A DNA stretch of 42,606 nucleotides from Nanobdellota archaeon (GCA_038043805.1 JBBTBG010000003.1:1-42606), one strand, 5' to 3'. Counted from the stretch's first letter, positions 16,620 to 24,979 are shown. Notes: a model not told the origin generated them from the sequence alone. A program made the numbers and translations.

Positions 16620-17540
16620 ATGAAACGCAAAGTTATCACACAGGCAGGAGGACAGGCATATACTATTACACTTCCCATTGATTGGATAAGAAAAAATGGC
16701 ATCTCAGAAAAGTCCGAGCTAGACCTTACCGATGAAGGAAAGTCCATTATTATTCGCTCTCAAAATAACCCTATTGAAGCAAAAGCGTTGCTGAATGTGG
16801 AAGATTGGACTGAGCGTACGCTTTACGTGCACCTTTCCGCTCTCTATGCGCGAGGTATAGACGAAATAATAATTACCTCAAAAAAAGATATTTCAAAAGG
16901 AATTACTAAAAGTATTGCTCACCTTATAGGGTTCGCTCTTGTATCGCAGCAAGGCTCAACTTACGTCATTAAAGACATTAGTGGTGTGAATTATCCTCAT
17001 CTTGATGAAATTTTCAAGCGAATTTTTCAAATGATATTGCTATTCTACGATGCTGCAGCGCAGGATATTTTTGGCAAGCAGCAAGGAACACTCGAAGATC
17101 TTAAAGCAAGAGATATAGAGGTCAATAAGTTTTGTCTTTATTTGGAAAGAGCAATCAACAGGATGGCCTATGCAGAAACAATTAACGGGAGAATTATTTT
17201 CACTTATTCCTTTATGCTCGAGAAAATAAGCGATGAAATTGAGCGTCTCTGGAGAGCAAATATCAAATACAAGGTAAAAAAGACAAAACTCCTTAAAGAA
17301 ATGATAGAGCTTTCCAAAGAAGGGCTTTCCAAAGCATTTGATCTATATTATCAGTTTAATTCAAAAGATATTAATGAAATTTATGCACTCAGAGACAAAG
17401 TAAGAGAGATGTCATTTTCCTTATCAAAAATTGATGGAGTAACAACTAGATTTGCTCACCACATAGTGAAGATCATCGAAGATGCCGCAGATCTTAATCA
17501 CCTTACCTCAATGAGAGCCTTAGAGAAAACTACTAAATAG
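16620..17540 (+). CDS. AbrB/SpoVT-domain plus PhoU-like helical-domain regulator (archaeal phosphate-uptake-regulator type)
   Basis: 306 aa. The N-terminal swapped-hairpin pattern is KVITQAGGQAYTITLPIDWIRKNGISEKSELDLTDEGKSIIIR. Two helical PhoU-like repeats follow. Confidence 0.65.
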   Translation: MKRKVITQAGGQAYTITLPIDWIRKNGISEKSELDLTDEGKSIIIRSQNNPIEAKALLNVEDWTERTLYVHLSALYARGIDEIIITSKKDISKGITKSIAHLIGFALVSQQGSTYVIKDISGVNYPHLDEIFKRIFQMILLFYDAAAQDIFGKQQGTLEDLKARDIEVNKFCLYLERAINRMAYAETINGRIIFTYSFMLEKISDEIERLWRANIKYKVKKTKLLKEMIELSKEGLSKAFDLYYQFNSKDINEIYALRDKVREMSFSLSKIDGVTTRFAHHIVKIIEDAADLNHLTSMRALEKTTK

Positions 17541-17565
17541 AGTTTTGCAAAAAGCTCGCGTAACC

Positions 17566-17573
17566 TTTAAATA
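17566..17573 (+). promoter_or_regulatory. Consensus TATA box (TTTAAATA) of the ribosomal-protein operon
   Basis: It matches the archaeal TTTAWATA consensus perfectly. The predicted TSS is near 17596, leaving a ~75-nt leader before rpl3 ATG 17673. Confidence 0.45.
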
Positions 17574-17672
17574 CCTCTAAAAACACTTCTCTTTGAATCT
17601 AATTGTGAAATACGACAAGAGTTCTGATAAAACTTGCGTCAAGAGCGAGTTGCATCACCAATATGACAAACA

Positions 17673-18623
17673 ATGGCAAAGTTATCCAATCCGCATGCAG
17701 GAAGTCTGCAATTCTGGCCTCGTAAGAGAGCCGCAAAAATCGTTCCTAGTGTGAACTGGAGTGTTGTTAAAGGAAAAGATAAAACCTCTGGAATATTAGG
17801 ATTTCTAGCATATAAAGCAGCAATGGCCACAGCGTTAGTTAAAGATACAACTTCTGACTCTCTCTCAAAAGGAAAGAAAATATATCTTCCTGTGACAATT
17901 CTTGAAGTTCCTCACTTAAAGATTTTTTCTATTCGTTTTTATAAAAATAGTATTGTTATGAAAGATGTGATTGTTTCTCAAGATAAAGAACTAAAAAAAC
18001 TTCTCAGACTTCCTAAAGATCTCAAAACTTTCGAATCTCAAATTCCTCAAGGCTATGACGACTTAAGGCTGATAGTTTACTCCTTGGCAAAACAAACTTC
18101 CATCAAAAAAACACCTGACCTTGCAGAAGTAGGTATAAGAGCAGAAAACAAACTAGAATTTGTAAAGACTCTTATCGGAAAAGAGATTACCTTAAAAGAT
18201 TTTTTACAATACAATTTATTAGATATGCGCGGATTGACAACTGGAAGAGGTCTTTCAGGTCCAGTCAAGCGATTCGGCATAACCTTAAAACAGCATAAAA
18301 CAGAAAAAGGCGTTCGCCGTCCAGGTTCTTTGGCTCCTTGGCATCCAGCACGCGTCACCTTCAGAACACCTCAAGCAGGTCAACTCGGCATGTTCACTCG
18401 TGTACACTACAATCTCAATGTTATCTCTTCAGGATCTATTGCAGAAAAAAATATCAATCCAGGAACAGGATTCAAACATTACGGAAAAATAAGATCTGAC
18501 TATCTTATTATTAAAGGAAGCGTTCAAGGTCCAGTCAAGCGTCAAATTCTTCTTACTCCTTCATTCCGCCCAACAAAACTCACAGCTAAAAGAAAATATG
18601 AATTTCAGGAGCTCATAACATGA
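17673..18623 (+). CDS. rpl3: Ribosomal protein uL3
   Basis: N-terminal PHAGSLQFWPRKRA, with the expected length and operon position. Confidence 0.95.
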   Translation: MAKLSNPHAGSLQFWPRKRAAKIVPSVNWSVVKGKDKTSGILGFLAYKAAMATALVKDTTSDSLSKGKKIYLPVTILEVPHLKIFSIRFYKNSIVMKDVIVSQDKELKKLLRLPKDLKTFESQIPQGYDDLRLIVYSLAKQTSIKKTPDLAEVGIRAENKLEFVKTLIGKEITLKDFLQYNLLDMRGLTTGRGLSGPVKRFGITLKQHKTEKGVRRPGSLAPWHPARVTFRTPQAGQLGMFTRVHYNLNVISSGSIAEKNINPGTGFKHYGKIRSDYLIIKGSVQGPVKRQILLTPSFRPTKLTAKRKYEFQELIT

Positions 18624-18666
18624 AAATTGGATGCAGGGTGTTGAGAGACCAGCAGGTGGTTTTCAC

Positions 18667-19461
18667 ATGAAAGCACAACTCTATTCAATAGATGGTGAGA
18701 AAAAATCAAATATAGATCTTCCAGATTTATTTAACACCCTTATTCGAGAAGACTTGGCTGCAAAAGTATTTGAAGCTGAAAAATATAAACGCATGCAACC
18801 CTATGCAGGTTACAAAGAAGCAGGAAAGAGACATTCAGCCTCTGGAACGATTAGTCATATGCGTCATACTTGGAAAGGACATTATGGTAAGGGTATCGCT
18901 CGCTTACCAAGAAAAACAATGTATCGACGTGGTACACAATTCTTCTGGGTGGGTGCAGAAGTTTCTCAAACTCGTGGTGGAAGAAGCGCGCATCCTCCGT
19001 TAGGTGTTCATCGACCAAGAAAAATTAATGAAAAAGAACTTCGCATTGCGATACATACTGCTTTCGCAGCAACAACAAACAAAGAAGCACTAGTAAAGAG
19101 ATACGCGACTCTCGCAGCAGCCAAAGATCTTCCTCAAGTTCCATTCATTATAGAATCTCTTCCTCAAAAAACAAAGGAGCTTCATGCAACTATTAATAAG
19201 ATGCTAGGCACTCTTGCTTCACTTGCATTTAAGAGAAAAGAAGTCCGCTCAGGCATCGGAAAACGCAGAGGAAGAAAATATAAGTCAACCGCAGGGCTAC
19301 TCATAGTTAAGGGAAGAACAGAAAAACAAACTTATAGTGGTGTTGATATAAAATCAGTCACAGAAATCTCAATGCATGATCTCTATCCTCTAGGAAGACT
19401 TACACTTTACACACAACAAGCTCTTAAGGAATTACAAGAACAGGAGAAAAAACATGCTTAA
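18667..19461 (+). CDS. rpl4: Ribosomal protein uL4
   Basis: Position after rpl3. ATG 18667 is preceded by an AGGTGG Shine-Dalgarno. The ORF-track start at 18631 is an upstream in-frame extension. Confidence 0.9.
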   Translation: MKAQLYSIDGEKKSNIDLPDLFNTLIREDLAAKVFEAEKYKRMQPYAGYKEAGKRHSASGTISHMRHTWKGHYGKGIARLPRKTMYRRGTQFFWVGAEVSQTRGGRSAHPPLGVHRPRKINEKELRIAIHTAFAATTNKEALVKRYATLAAAKDLPQVPFIIESLPQKTKELHATINKMLGTLASLAFKRKEVRSGIGKRRGRKYKSTAGLLIVKGRTEKQTYSGVDIKSVTEISMHDLYPLGRLTLYTQQALKELQEQEKKHA

Positions 19462-19693
19462 GCCAATAACCACAGAAAAAGCAGTCAAACTTATAGATAG
19501 CGAAAACACTCTTCTCTTTGCCAGTGACAGGCATGCAACAAAGCCAGAAATAAAAAAAGAAGTTGAGTCAGTTTTCAGCGTCAAAGTCGCAGACATTCGT
19601 ACATTCATCAAAAATAATGAAAAATATGCCTATGTTAGGCTCAACAAACAGTTTCCTGCCATCGATGTGGCAACGAAACTAGGAATGATTTAA
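19454..19693 (+). CDS. rpl23: Ribosomal protein uL23
   Basis: 79 aa. KPITTEKAVKLIDSENTLLF...VATKLGMI is the typical uL23 pattern, in the expected position. Confidence 0.9.
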   Translation: MLKPITTEKAVKLIDSENTLLFASDRHATKPEIKKEVESVFSVKVADIRTFIKNNEKYAYVRLNKQFPAIDVATKLGMI

Positions 19694-19694
19694 T

Positions 19695-20072
19695 ATGATA
19701 AAACAAATACTTGAATACGCGCCTGTAACTTCTGAACAACCTACATTGGTTACATATGCTTCTGATTTGCTAAACCTCTCTCCTGGAACAGATGTGAAAG
19801 TGTGTCATATAGGAACTCTTCCTGTTTCACAGCAGACCAGAGATGTGTGGACATTTTACGAGGCAGTAGGAGAAGACAAAGACAGAGTCAGACTTCTTCA
19901 ACGTGTTTTTCCTCGAGAGATTCACATGCTGGCAGCCAATGTGATGAGGGTTACCACTTCTGCAAGAGGTCTTATTTTCCAGAGTGGATTCGACCACCTT
20001 ATTTATATGCCAGATGAAAGAAAAGTCGCCTTTCCCATAGTTGATAAATTCCTCAGGGGGTTCGGCAAGTAA
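19695..20072 (+). CDS. Orphan 125-aa protein embedded between rpl23 and rpl2 (function unknown)
   Basis: ATG lies 1 nt after the rpl23 stop, and its TAA lies 1 nt before the rpl2 ATG. No recognisable motif. Composition (9 Arg, 6 Lys) is unlike the Lys-rich flanking r-proteins. Confidence 0.6.
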   Translation: MIKQILEYAPVTSEQPTLVTYASDLLNLSPGTDVKVCHIGTLPVSQQTRDVWTFYEAVGEDKDRVRLLQRVFPREIHMLAANVMRVTTSARGLIFQSGFDHLIYMPDERKVAFPIVDKFLRGFGK

Positions 20073-20073
20073 C

Positions 20074-20787
20074 ATGGGTAAGCGCATTATTGCACAGGCA
20101 CGCGGGCATGGAAGCTTAACTTATCAGGTACGCAAACGAGCATACATCTATAGAATCAAATATCCTATGCAAGAAGGTTCAGCAGAAATTCTTAGCATTA
20201 TTCACTCAGCAGCGCATTCAGCTCCATTACTTAAATTAAAAGTCAATAATGAAATCTGCTATAACCCTGCATTCAACGGCGCAGTGGTAGGAGACAGCGT
20301 AACTATTAAACCAGATGCTGAGTGTAAGACTGGAAATGTGCTAATGCTCAAAAATATTATTCCTGGGACTAATATTTACAATATAGAAAACAATCCAGGA
20401 GATGGAGGAAAGATGATGCGTGTTGCAGGCACAAGCGCAATACTTCTCAAGAAACTTGACCACAATAAAGTAAGTATTCAAATGCCGAACAAACATGCAA
20501 AGACGAATTTAATAGTTGTAAGCGGAGATTGCAGGGCAACTGTTGGAATCATCGCAGGCTCAGGGCGCAAACTCAAACCATTTATAAAGGCAGGTCCCAA
20601 ATTCTACAAAATGAAGGCAAGAAACAAGCTCTGGCCACGGACTTCTGCGGTAAAGATGAACGCAGTTGATCATCCATTCGGTTCAGGAAGAGGTAAGCGC
20701 ATTAAGCCAAAGATCGCAAAGCGCAATGCTCCTCCAGGAACGCGTGTCGGTCATATTCGTCCTAGAAGGACAGGAAGGAGCAAATAA
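20074..20787 (+). CDS. rpl2: Ribosomal protein uL2
   Basis: MGKRIIAQARGHGS ... VDHPFGSGRGKR ... GHIRPRRTG motifs. The ORF-track start at 20041 is an upstream extension overlapping the orphan gene. Confidence 0.95.
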   Translation: MGKRIIAQARGHGSLTYQVRKRAYIYRIKYPMQEGSAEILSIIHSAAHSAPLLKLKVNNEICYNPAFNGAVVGDSVTIKPDAECKTGNVLMLKNIIPGTNIYNIENNPGDGGKMMRVAGTSAILLKKLDHNKVSIQMPNKHAKTNLIVVSGDCRATVGIIAGSGRKLKPFIKAGPKFYKMKARNKLWPRTSAVKMNAVDHPFGSGRGKRIKPKIAKRNAPPGTRVGHIRPRRTGRSK

Positions 20788-20789
20788 AA

Positions 20790-21194
20790 ATGGCAGAAGA
20801 AGTAATTCTTAAATCTAAGGAAATATTTTATCGAGGCAAAAATCTTGAAGACCTCAAAAAAATGGATGTCAGAGAATCTGCAAAGTTCCTACCTTCACGC
20901 TCAAGAAGAACTGTCTTAAGAAATTTTGATATGATTGAAAAATTCATCAAGCGCTGTGAGAAGAAAGTTGCAATGAAGAAAAAAATCAGAACACACTTAA
21001 GAGATATAGTAGTAGTCCCAAAACTTGTAGGTCATACAATCCAAGTCTACAACGGAAAATTGTTTAATGAAGTAAAAATCTCCGCATTAATGATCGGCCA
21101 TCGTCTGGGAGAATTCTCACTAACGCGTGGAAAAGTCACTCACGGAACACCAGGTCTTGGATCAACAAAGAGCTCGGCAGGAGAGAAGAAGTAA
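20790..21194 (+). CDS. rps19: Ribosomal protein uS19
   Basis: VGHTIQVYNGKLFNEVKI..MIGHRLGEFSLTR motif, in the expected position. Confidence 0.95.
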   Translation: MAEEVILKSKEIFYRGKNLEDLKKMDVRESAKFLPSRSRRTVLRNFDMIEKFIKRCEKKVAMKKKIRTHLRDIVVVPKLVGHTIQVYNGKLFNEVKISALMIGHRLGEFSLTRGKVTHGTPGLGSTKSSAGEKK

Positions 21195-21195
21195 C

Positions 21196-21954
21196 ATGAC
21201 AGAAAAGCCACAGTCTCGTCCAGAAGGAAAACATCATCATCCAACACAACAAAAACAGCAGCAAAAGCAAGAGAAGAAGCAGGTTGCCACAGCAAATACT
21301 ACTAAGGAAACAAAAATTGTCACTCCCTCAATTCCAGTTCCTTCTCCAACTCTTTCACCAATATCTTCATCACCTTCACCGCATTCTCCATCTGATAACA
21401 CTTCTTCTACATCAACACCCTCAGCTCTTCCTCCTCAAGTCTCATCTCCAACCACAACTCCTTCTCAATCTCCATCAGAAAAACCTGCAAAGGCACCTGC
21501 TCCAAAACCAACAAAAAAAGACGAAGCAGTAGCAAGAGGCATAAATCTTCACGCCTCTAAAAAGCATTGCATGTATCTTTGTAACTTCATCAAAGGCAAA
21601 CCTATTGATCAAGCAATCTCCCAACTACAAGAAGTTCTCAAATTCAAGCGCGTTATTCCAATGAAAGGAGAAATTCCTCATCGTTCTGCTCCAGGCATCA
21701 TGTCTGGCCGTTATCCTATCAAAACAACTCAGCAGTTTATTCCATTGCTTAAAGCTCTTAAAGGTAATGCAATTGTTAACGGTCTGGAATTGGATAAAAC
21801 TAGAATTACTTATGGTTCATCAACGTGGGCTTCTCGTCCAGCTAAGCGAGGTGGCATGAGATTTAAAAGGGCATTTGTTGTCCTCAAGGCACGGGAAGTT
21901 CATATGAAAGAAAAAACAAAAAAATCAGAGAAAAAGCAAGAGGAAAAGAAATAA
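21196..21954 (+). CDS. rpl22: Ribosomal protein uL22 with a ~110-aa low-complexity N-terminal extension
   Basis: The core is ARGINLHASKKHCMYLCNFIKGKPIDQAISQL...GRYPIKTT. ATG 21196 is 1 nt after the rps19 stop. I found no in-frame ATG/GTG/TTG between it and the conserved core. Confidence 0.9.
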   Translation: MTEKPQSRPEGKHHHPTQQKQQQKQEKKQVATANTTKETKIVTPSIPVPSPTLSPISSSPSPHSPSDNTSSTSTPSALPPQVSSPTTTPSQSPSEKPAKAPAPKPTKKDEAVARGINLHASKKHCMYLCNFIKGKPIDQAISQLQEVLKFKRVIPMKGEIPHRSAPGIMSGRYPIKTTQQFIPLLKALKGNAIVNGLELDKTRITYGSSTWASRPAKRGGMRFKRAFVVLKAREVHMKEKTKKSEKKQEEKK

Positions 21955-21955
21955 C

Positions 21956-22666
21956 ATGGAAGAAAAAAAATTCGTCGGATTTAAAAAAGAAGAGCTTTCA
22001 GTTAAAGAGTATGTCAAGCGTGCTCTAGGAAAAGGTAAGATTAGCAACGTATCTATTGAATACACTCCAGTAGGAGAGAAAATAGTTATTGCAACAAGTC
22101 GTCCAGGAATGGTGATCGGCAGAAAAGGAGAAAAAATCGAAGAACTCACAAGAGTTATTAAAAAGAAATTTAAGTTTGATAATCCTCACATTGAAATCAG
22201 GGAAATCATGGATGCTTTACTCGATGCACAGCTTGTTGCGGATGAAATTGCACTCAGTCTTGAGCGCGATGGACCGCAAAAATTCAAAGTGATTGCTTAT
22301 AAGATGATCCAAGAAATGATGAATGCAGGAGCTTTAGGAGTGGAAATTGTTCTTTCAGGAAGACTTCCAAGCGAGCGGGCAAGAAGCTGGCGCTTCTCTC
22401 AAGGATATCTCAAAAAGACAGGAGATCCAGCAAAAGTTGTTGATAGAGCAATGTCTCAAGCAACAACACTTCCAGGCGTAGTAGGTATCAAAGTAAGTAT
22501 CTTGCCACCTAATGCACATATTCATGATCGTATCGTAATTGATGAGGAAATGCTTGCAAAATTAAAGACTATGACTGATTCAAAAAGTGAAGAGAGTCAG
22601 GAAGAGAAGGAAGAGGATAAGCCTAAGAAAAAGAAAAAATCACAAAAAGCAGGAGAAAAAACATGA
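21956..22666 (+). CDS. rps3: Ribosomal protein uS3 (KH domain) with an acidic/basic C-terminal tail
   Basis: KH-like PGMVIGRKGEKIEEL and LSGRLPSERARSW motifs, in the expected position. Confidence 0.95.
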   Translation: MEEKKFVGFKKEELSVKEYVKRALGKGKISNVSIEYTPVGEKIVIATSRPGMVIGRKGEKIEELTRVIKKKFKFDNPHIEIREIMDALLDAQLVADEIALSLERDGPQKFKVIAYKMIQEMMNAGALGVEIVLSGRLPSERARSWRFSQGYLKKTGDPAKVVDRAMSQATTLPGVVGIKVSILPPNAHIHDRIVIDEEMLAKLKTMTDSKSEESQEEKEEDKPKKKKKSQKAGEKT

Positions 22667-22872
22667 CTCTATTACGAATGAAAGAAGTAGTAAAAATGAC
22701 TGTCAAGGAGAGGCAGGCAAAAATACAAGAGCTTCGGTTTTCATTAATTAAATCTCATGTAACTGCTCATAAGGCAACCGCCAAGACCAAAGAGATTAAA
22801 AGGGCACTTGCACGTCTTCTAACTGCCAATACCTTCAACAAATCCCTTGCGGAGGAGTTGAAAAAGAAATAA
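22663..22872 (+). CDS. rpl29: Ribosomal protein uL29
   Basis: 69 aa and helical. LRMKEV...ERQAKIQELRFSLIK fits uL29, in the expected position. Confidence 0.9.
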   Translation: MTLLRMKEVVKMTVKERQAKIQELRFSLIKSHVTAHKATAKTKEIKRALARLLTANTFNKSLAEELKKK

Positions 22873-22874
22873 CT

Positions 22875-23174
22875 ATGGACCCTGATCCATCCTTCGGATT
22901 CCCAGAAGAATCCGAATTGTTTGACGAAATCGCGAAGGGCGAACAAAAAATCACCGTGTCGACGGTAGCTCGAAGATACGGAAAGATTACTACCCTTGTA
23001 AGCGGCTTTGACAAGAACTTTGACATCAAAGGAACTGCAAAGCACCTCAAGGAAAAGCTCGCCTGCGGTGGTACCATCAAAGATGGCATCATCGAGCTTC
23101 AAGGAAACCACAAGAAGCAAGTAAGACCCGTTTTAGTAGGGCTGGGTTTTCCCGAAGAATCAATTAGTGATTGA
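22875..23174 (+). CDS. Translation initiation factor aSUI1 (eIF1 homologue)
   Basis: 99 aa. ITVSTVARRYGKITTLVSGF....DIKGTAKHLKEKLACGGTIKDGIIELQGNH is the SUI1 pattern. Confidence 0.9.
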   Translation: MDPDPSFGFPEESELFDEIAKGEQKITVSTVARRYGKITTLVSGFDKNFDIKGTAKHLKEKLACGGTIKDGIIELQGNHKKQVRPVLVGLGFPEESISD

Positions 23175-23195
23175 GCGACCAATACAGACAACACC

Positions 23196-23561
23196 ATGAA
23201 AACAGAAAAGAAACAAAGTAAGAAAGAGCAGAAGGAATCAGTAGCTGGAGCAGAGCATGTCTCGCAGCAGACAATTTCCACAAGAGGAAGAATCTTCGAA
23301 GGAAAAGTCACAAAGAAATTCCCCACACGAGTGGTTGTAGAAAGCGAGAGAACAGTATATGTCAAAAAATATGAGCGCTTCTATAAAAAGAAAAGCAGAA
23401 TTCACGCTCGTCTTCCACAAGGAATGGATGTGCATATAGGAGATCTGGTGCACATTCAAGAGTGTCGACCATTAAGCAAGATTATTCATGCAATTGTTGT
23501 CAAAAAGATAAAATCTGCACAGGCACTTACTCATTCTACAGAAGCGGAGAAGAAACAATGA
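23196..23561 (+). CDS. rps17: Ribosomal protein uS17
   Basis: GRIFEGKVTKKFPTRVVVE...KKYERFYKKKSRIHA...GDLVHIQECRPLSK motifs. Confidence 0.95.
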   Translation: MKTEKKQSKKEQKESVAGAEHVSQQTISTRGRIFEGKVTKKFPTRVVVESERTVYVKKYERFYKKKSRIHARLPQGMDVHIGDLVHIQECRPLSKIIHAIVVKKIKSAQALTHSTEAEKKQ

Positions 23562-23959
23562 AACCTATATCAGCACGCGTTACTCGAGGACTCAATATAG
23601 GAAGCAATGTCGTAGCTGCAGATAATAGCGGTGCGCGTATTGTGAGGATTACAGGAGTTAAGCACGGAAAATCTAAGAGAGGTCGTCAACAATATGCAAA
23701 AGTCGGTGATTGGGTGAAGGTCTCTGTTCGAGCCGGAAAGCCAGAGCTCAAAGGACAGGTTTTTGATGCAGTAGTCATCAGGCAGAAAAAACCTTATATG
23801 CGAATAACGGGAGAGCGTGTCTGTTTTGAAGACAATGCCGTAGCCATTCTCAAAGATGAAAAAGGCAATCCTAAAGGAACATTCATCAAAGGTCCCGTAG
23901 CTAGAGAAATTCATGAACGCTGGAAAGAGGTCGCGAAGATCGCGCAATACGTCTTATGA
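23558..23959 (+). CDS. rpl14: Ribosomal protein uL14
   Basis: The start MKPISARVTRGLNIGSNVVAADNSGAR overlaps the rps17 stop by ATGA. The ORF-track start at 23462 is an upstream extension. Confidence 0.95.
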   Translation: MKPISARVTRGLNIGSNVVAADNSGARIVRITGVKHGKSKRGRQQYAKVGDWVKVSVRAGKPELKGQVFDAVVIRQKKPYMRITGERVCFEDNAVAILKDEKGNPKGTFIKGPVAREIHERWKEVAKIAQYVL

Positions 23960-24381
23960 AATCCACATTTTCAACTTCTTGGAAGTCAAGTATTCAGCCA
24001 AGAAAGCAGCACAAATACAGACATAATGCTCCATTGCACATTAGGCATAAGTTTTTAAGCGCTCATTTATCTAAGGATTTAAGGAAAAAGTATGGCAAGA
24101 GGAATCTTCCCCTTCGAAAAGGGGATGAGGTGCTTGTCGTGCGTGGCGCCTTCAAAAAGAAAAAGGCCAAAGTAGCTTCTGTGGATCACGCTCGTGCACG
24201 GCTGACTCTCGAAGGAATACAACGTACAAAAAAAGATGGCACTAAAGTTTCAGTAGTGTTTAATCCAAGAGCCTTGCAGATTATCGCTCTCATTCTAGAT
24301 GATCCAAGACGTCTTTCAATTGACTCAAAGAAAACAGTAGGAGAAAAAAATGCATCTAACACGTCAACAAGTAACAACTAA
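23956..24381 (+). CDS. rpl24: Ribosomal protein uL24 (KOW)
   Basis: KOW motif LRKGDEVLVVRGAFKKKKAKV, in the expected position. Confidence 0.9.
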   Translation: MKSTFSTSWKSSIQPRKQHKYRHNAPLHIRHKFLSAHLSKDLRKKYGKRNLPLRKGDEVLVVRGAFKKKKAKVASVDHARARLTLEGIQRTKKDGTKVSVVFNPRALQIIALILDDPRRLSIDSKKTVGEKNASNTSTSNN

Positions 24382-24979
24382 ATTACCCATCCCAAGAAAG
24401 GGAACAAAATATATAGCAAGAGCTTCGAGTCATATTTCTCAGTCAGTCAGCGTTCTGCTTGCAATTCGAGACATGCTTAAACTTGCAAAAACTGCCAAGG
24501 AAGCCAGAAGAATGGTTCAGGAAAAACTTCTCAAGATTAATGGAAAAACTATAATGGACGTGCATGAAAGCATTAAGCTTTTCAATATCTTCGAAGCAGA
24601 TAAAACGTATCGTCTTTCTCTTCTTCCTACTAAAAAATTCACACTTGAAGAAGTTTCAGCAAAGGATGCCAAAGAACATCGTCTGGTGAAAGTAACAGAT
24701 AAGCGCCTCATTCAGGGGGGAAAAATACAATTAAATCTTCATGATGGCTCAAATGTTCTTACAACTGAAAAAGTAAAAGTCAATGATTCTCTTTATCTGG
24801 ATGCGGAAGGAAAAGTCAAGAAGCATATCTCTCCAGAGAAGGGAAAAACTGCGATGGTTATTGAAGGTAAACATACGGGAAAGCAAGGAACAATAGAATC
24901 TATATCGGGAAGTATTTGTCATCTCAAAGTCAACAAGGAGGTTCTGGTAGTACAACTTTACCAGCTTATAGTACAATGA
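24350..24979 (+). CDS. rps4e: Ribosomal protein eS4
   Basis: MHLTRQQVTTKLPIPRKGTKYIA...LAIRDMLKLAKTAKEARR is the eS4 N-terminal/S4-domain pattern. This protein is specific to archaea and eukaryotes. Confidence 0.9.
   Translation: MHLTRQQVTTKLPIPRKGTKYIARASSHISQSVSVLLAIRDMLKLAKTAKEARRMVQEKLLKINGKTIMDVHESIKLFNIFEADKTYRLSLLPTKKFTLEEVSAKDAKEHRLVKVTDKRLIQGGKIQLNLHDGSNVLTTEKVKVNDSLYLDAEGKVKKHISPEKGKTAMVIEGKHTGKQGTIESISGSICHLKVNKEVLVVQLYQLIVQ

Noticed and set aside
22767-23947. Antisense ORFs within the r-protein genes (22767..23120, 22835..23092, 23099..23365, 23238..23459, 23570..23947). Similar ones occur elsewhere (27036..27340, 28234..28428, 40296..41196).
   Set aside because: They are shadow ORFs opposite highly conserved genes, with no promoter or SD context and no recognisable protein features.
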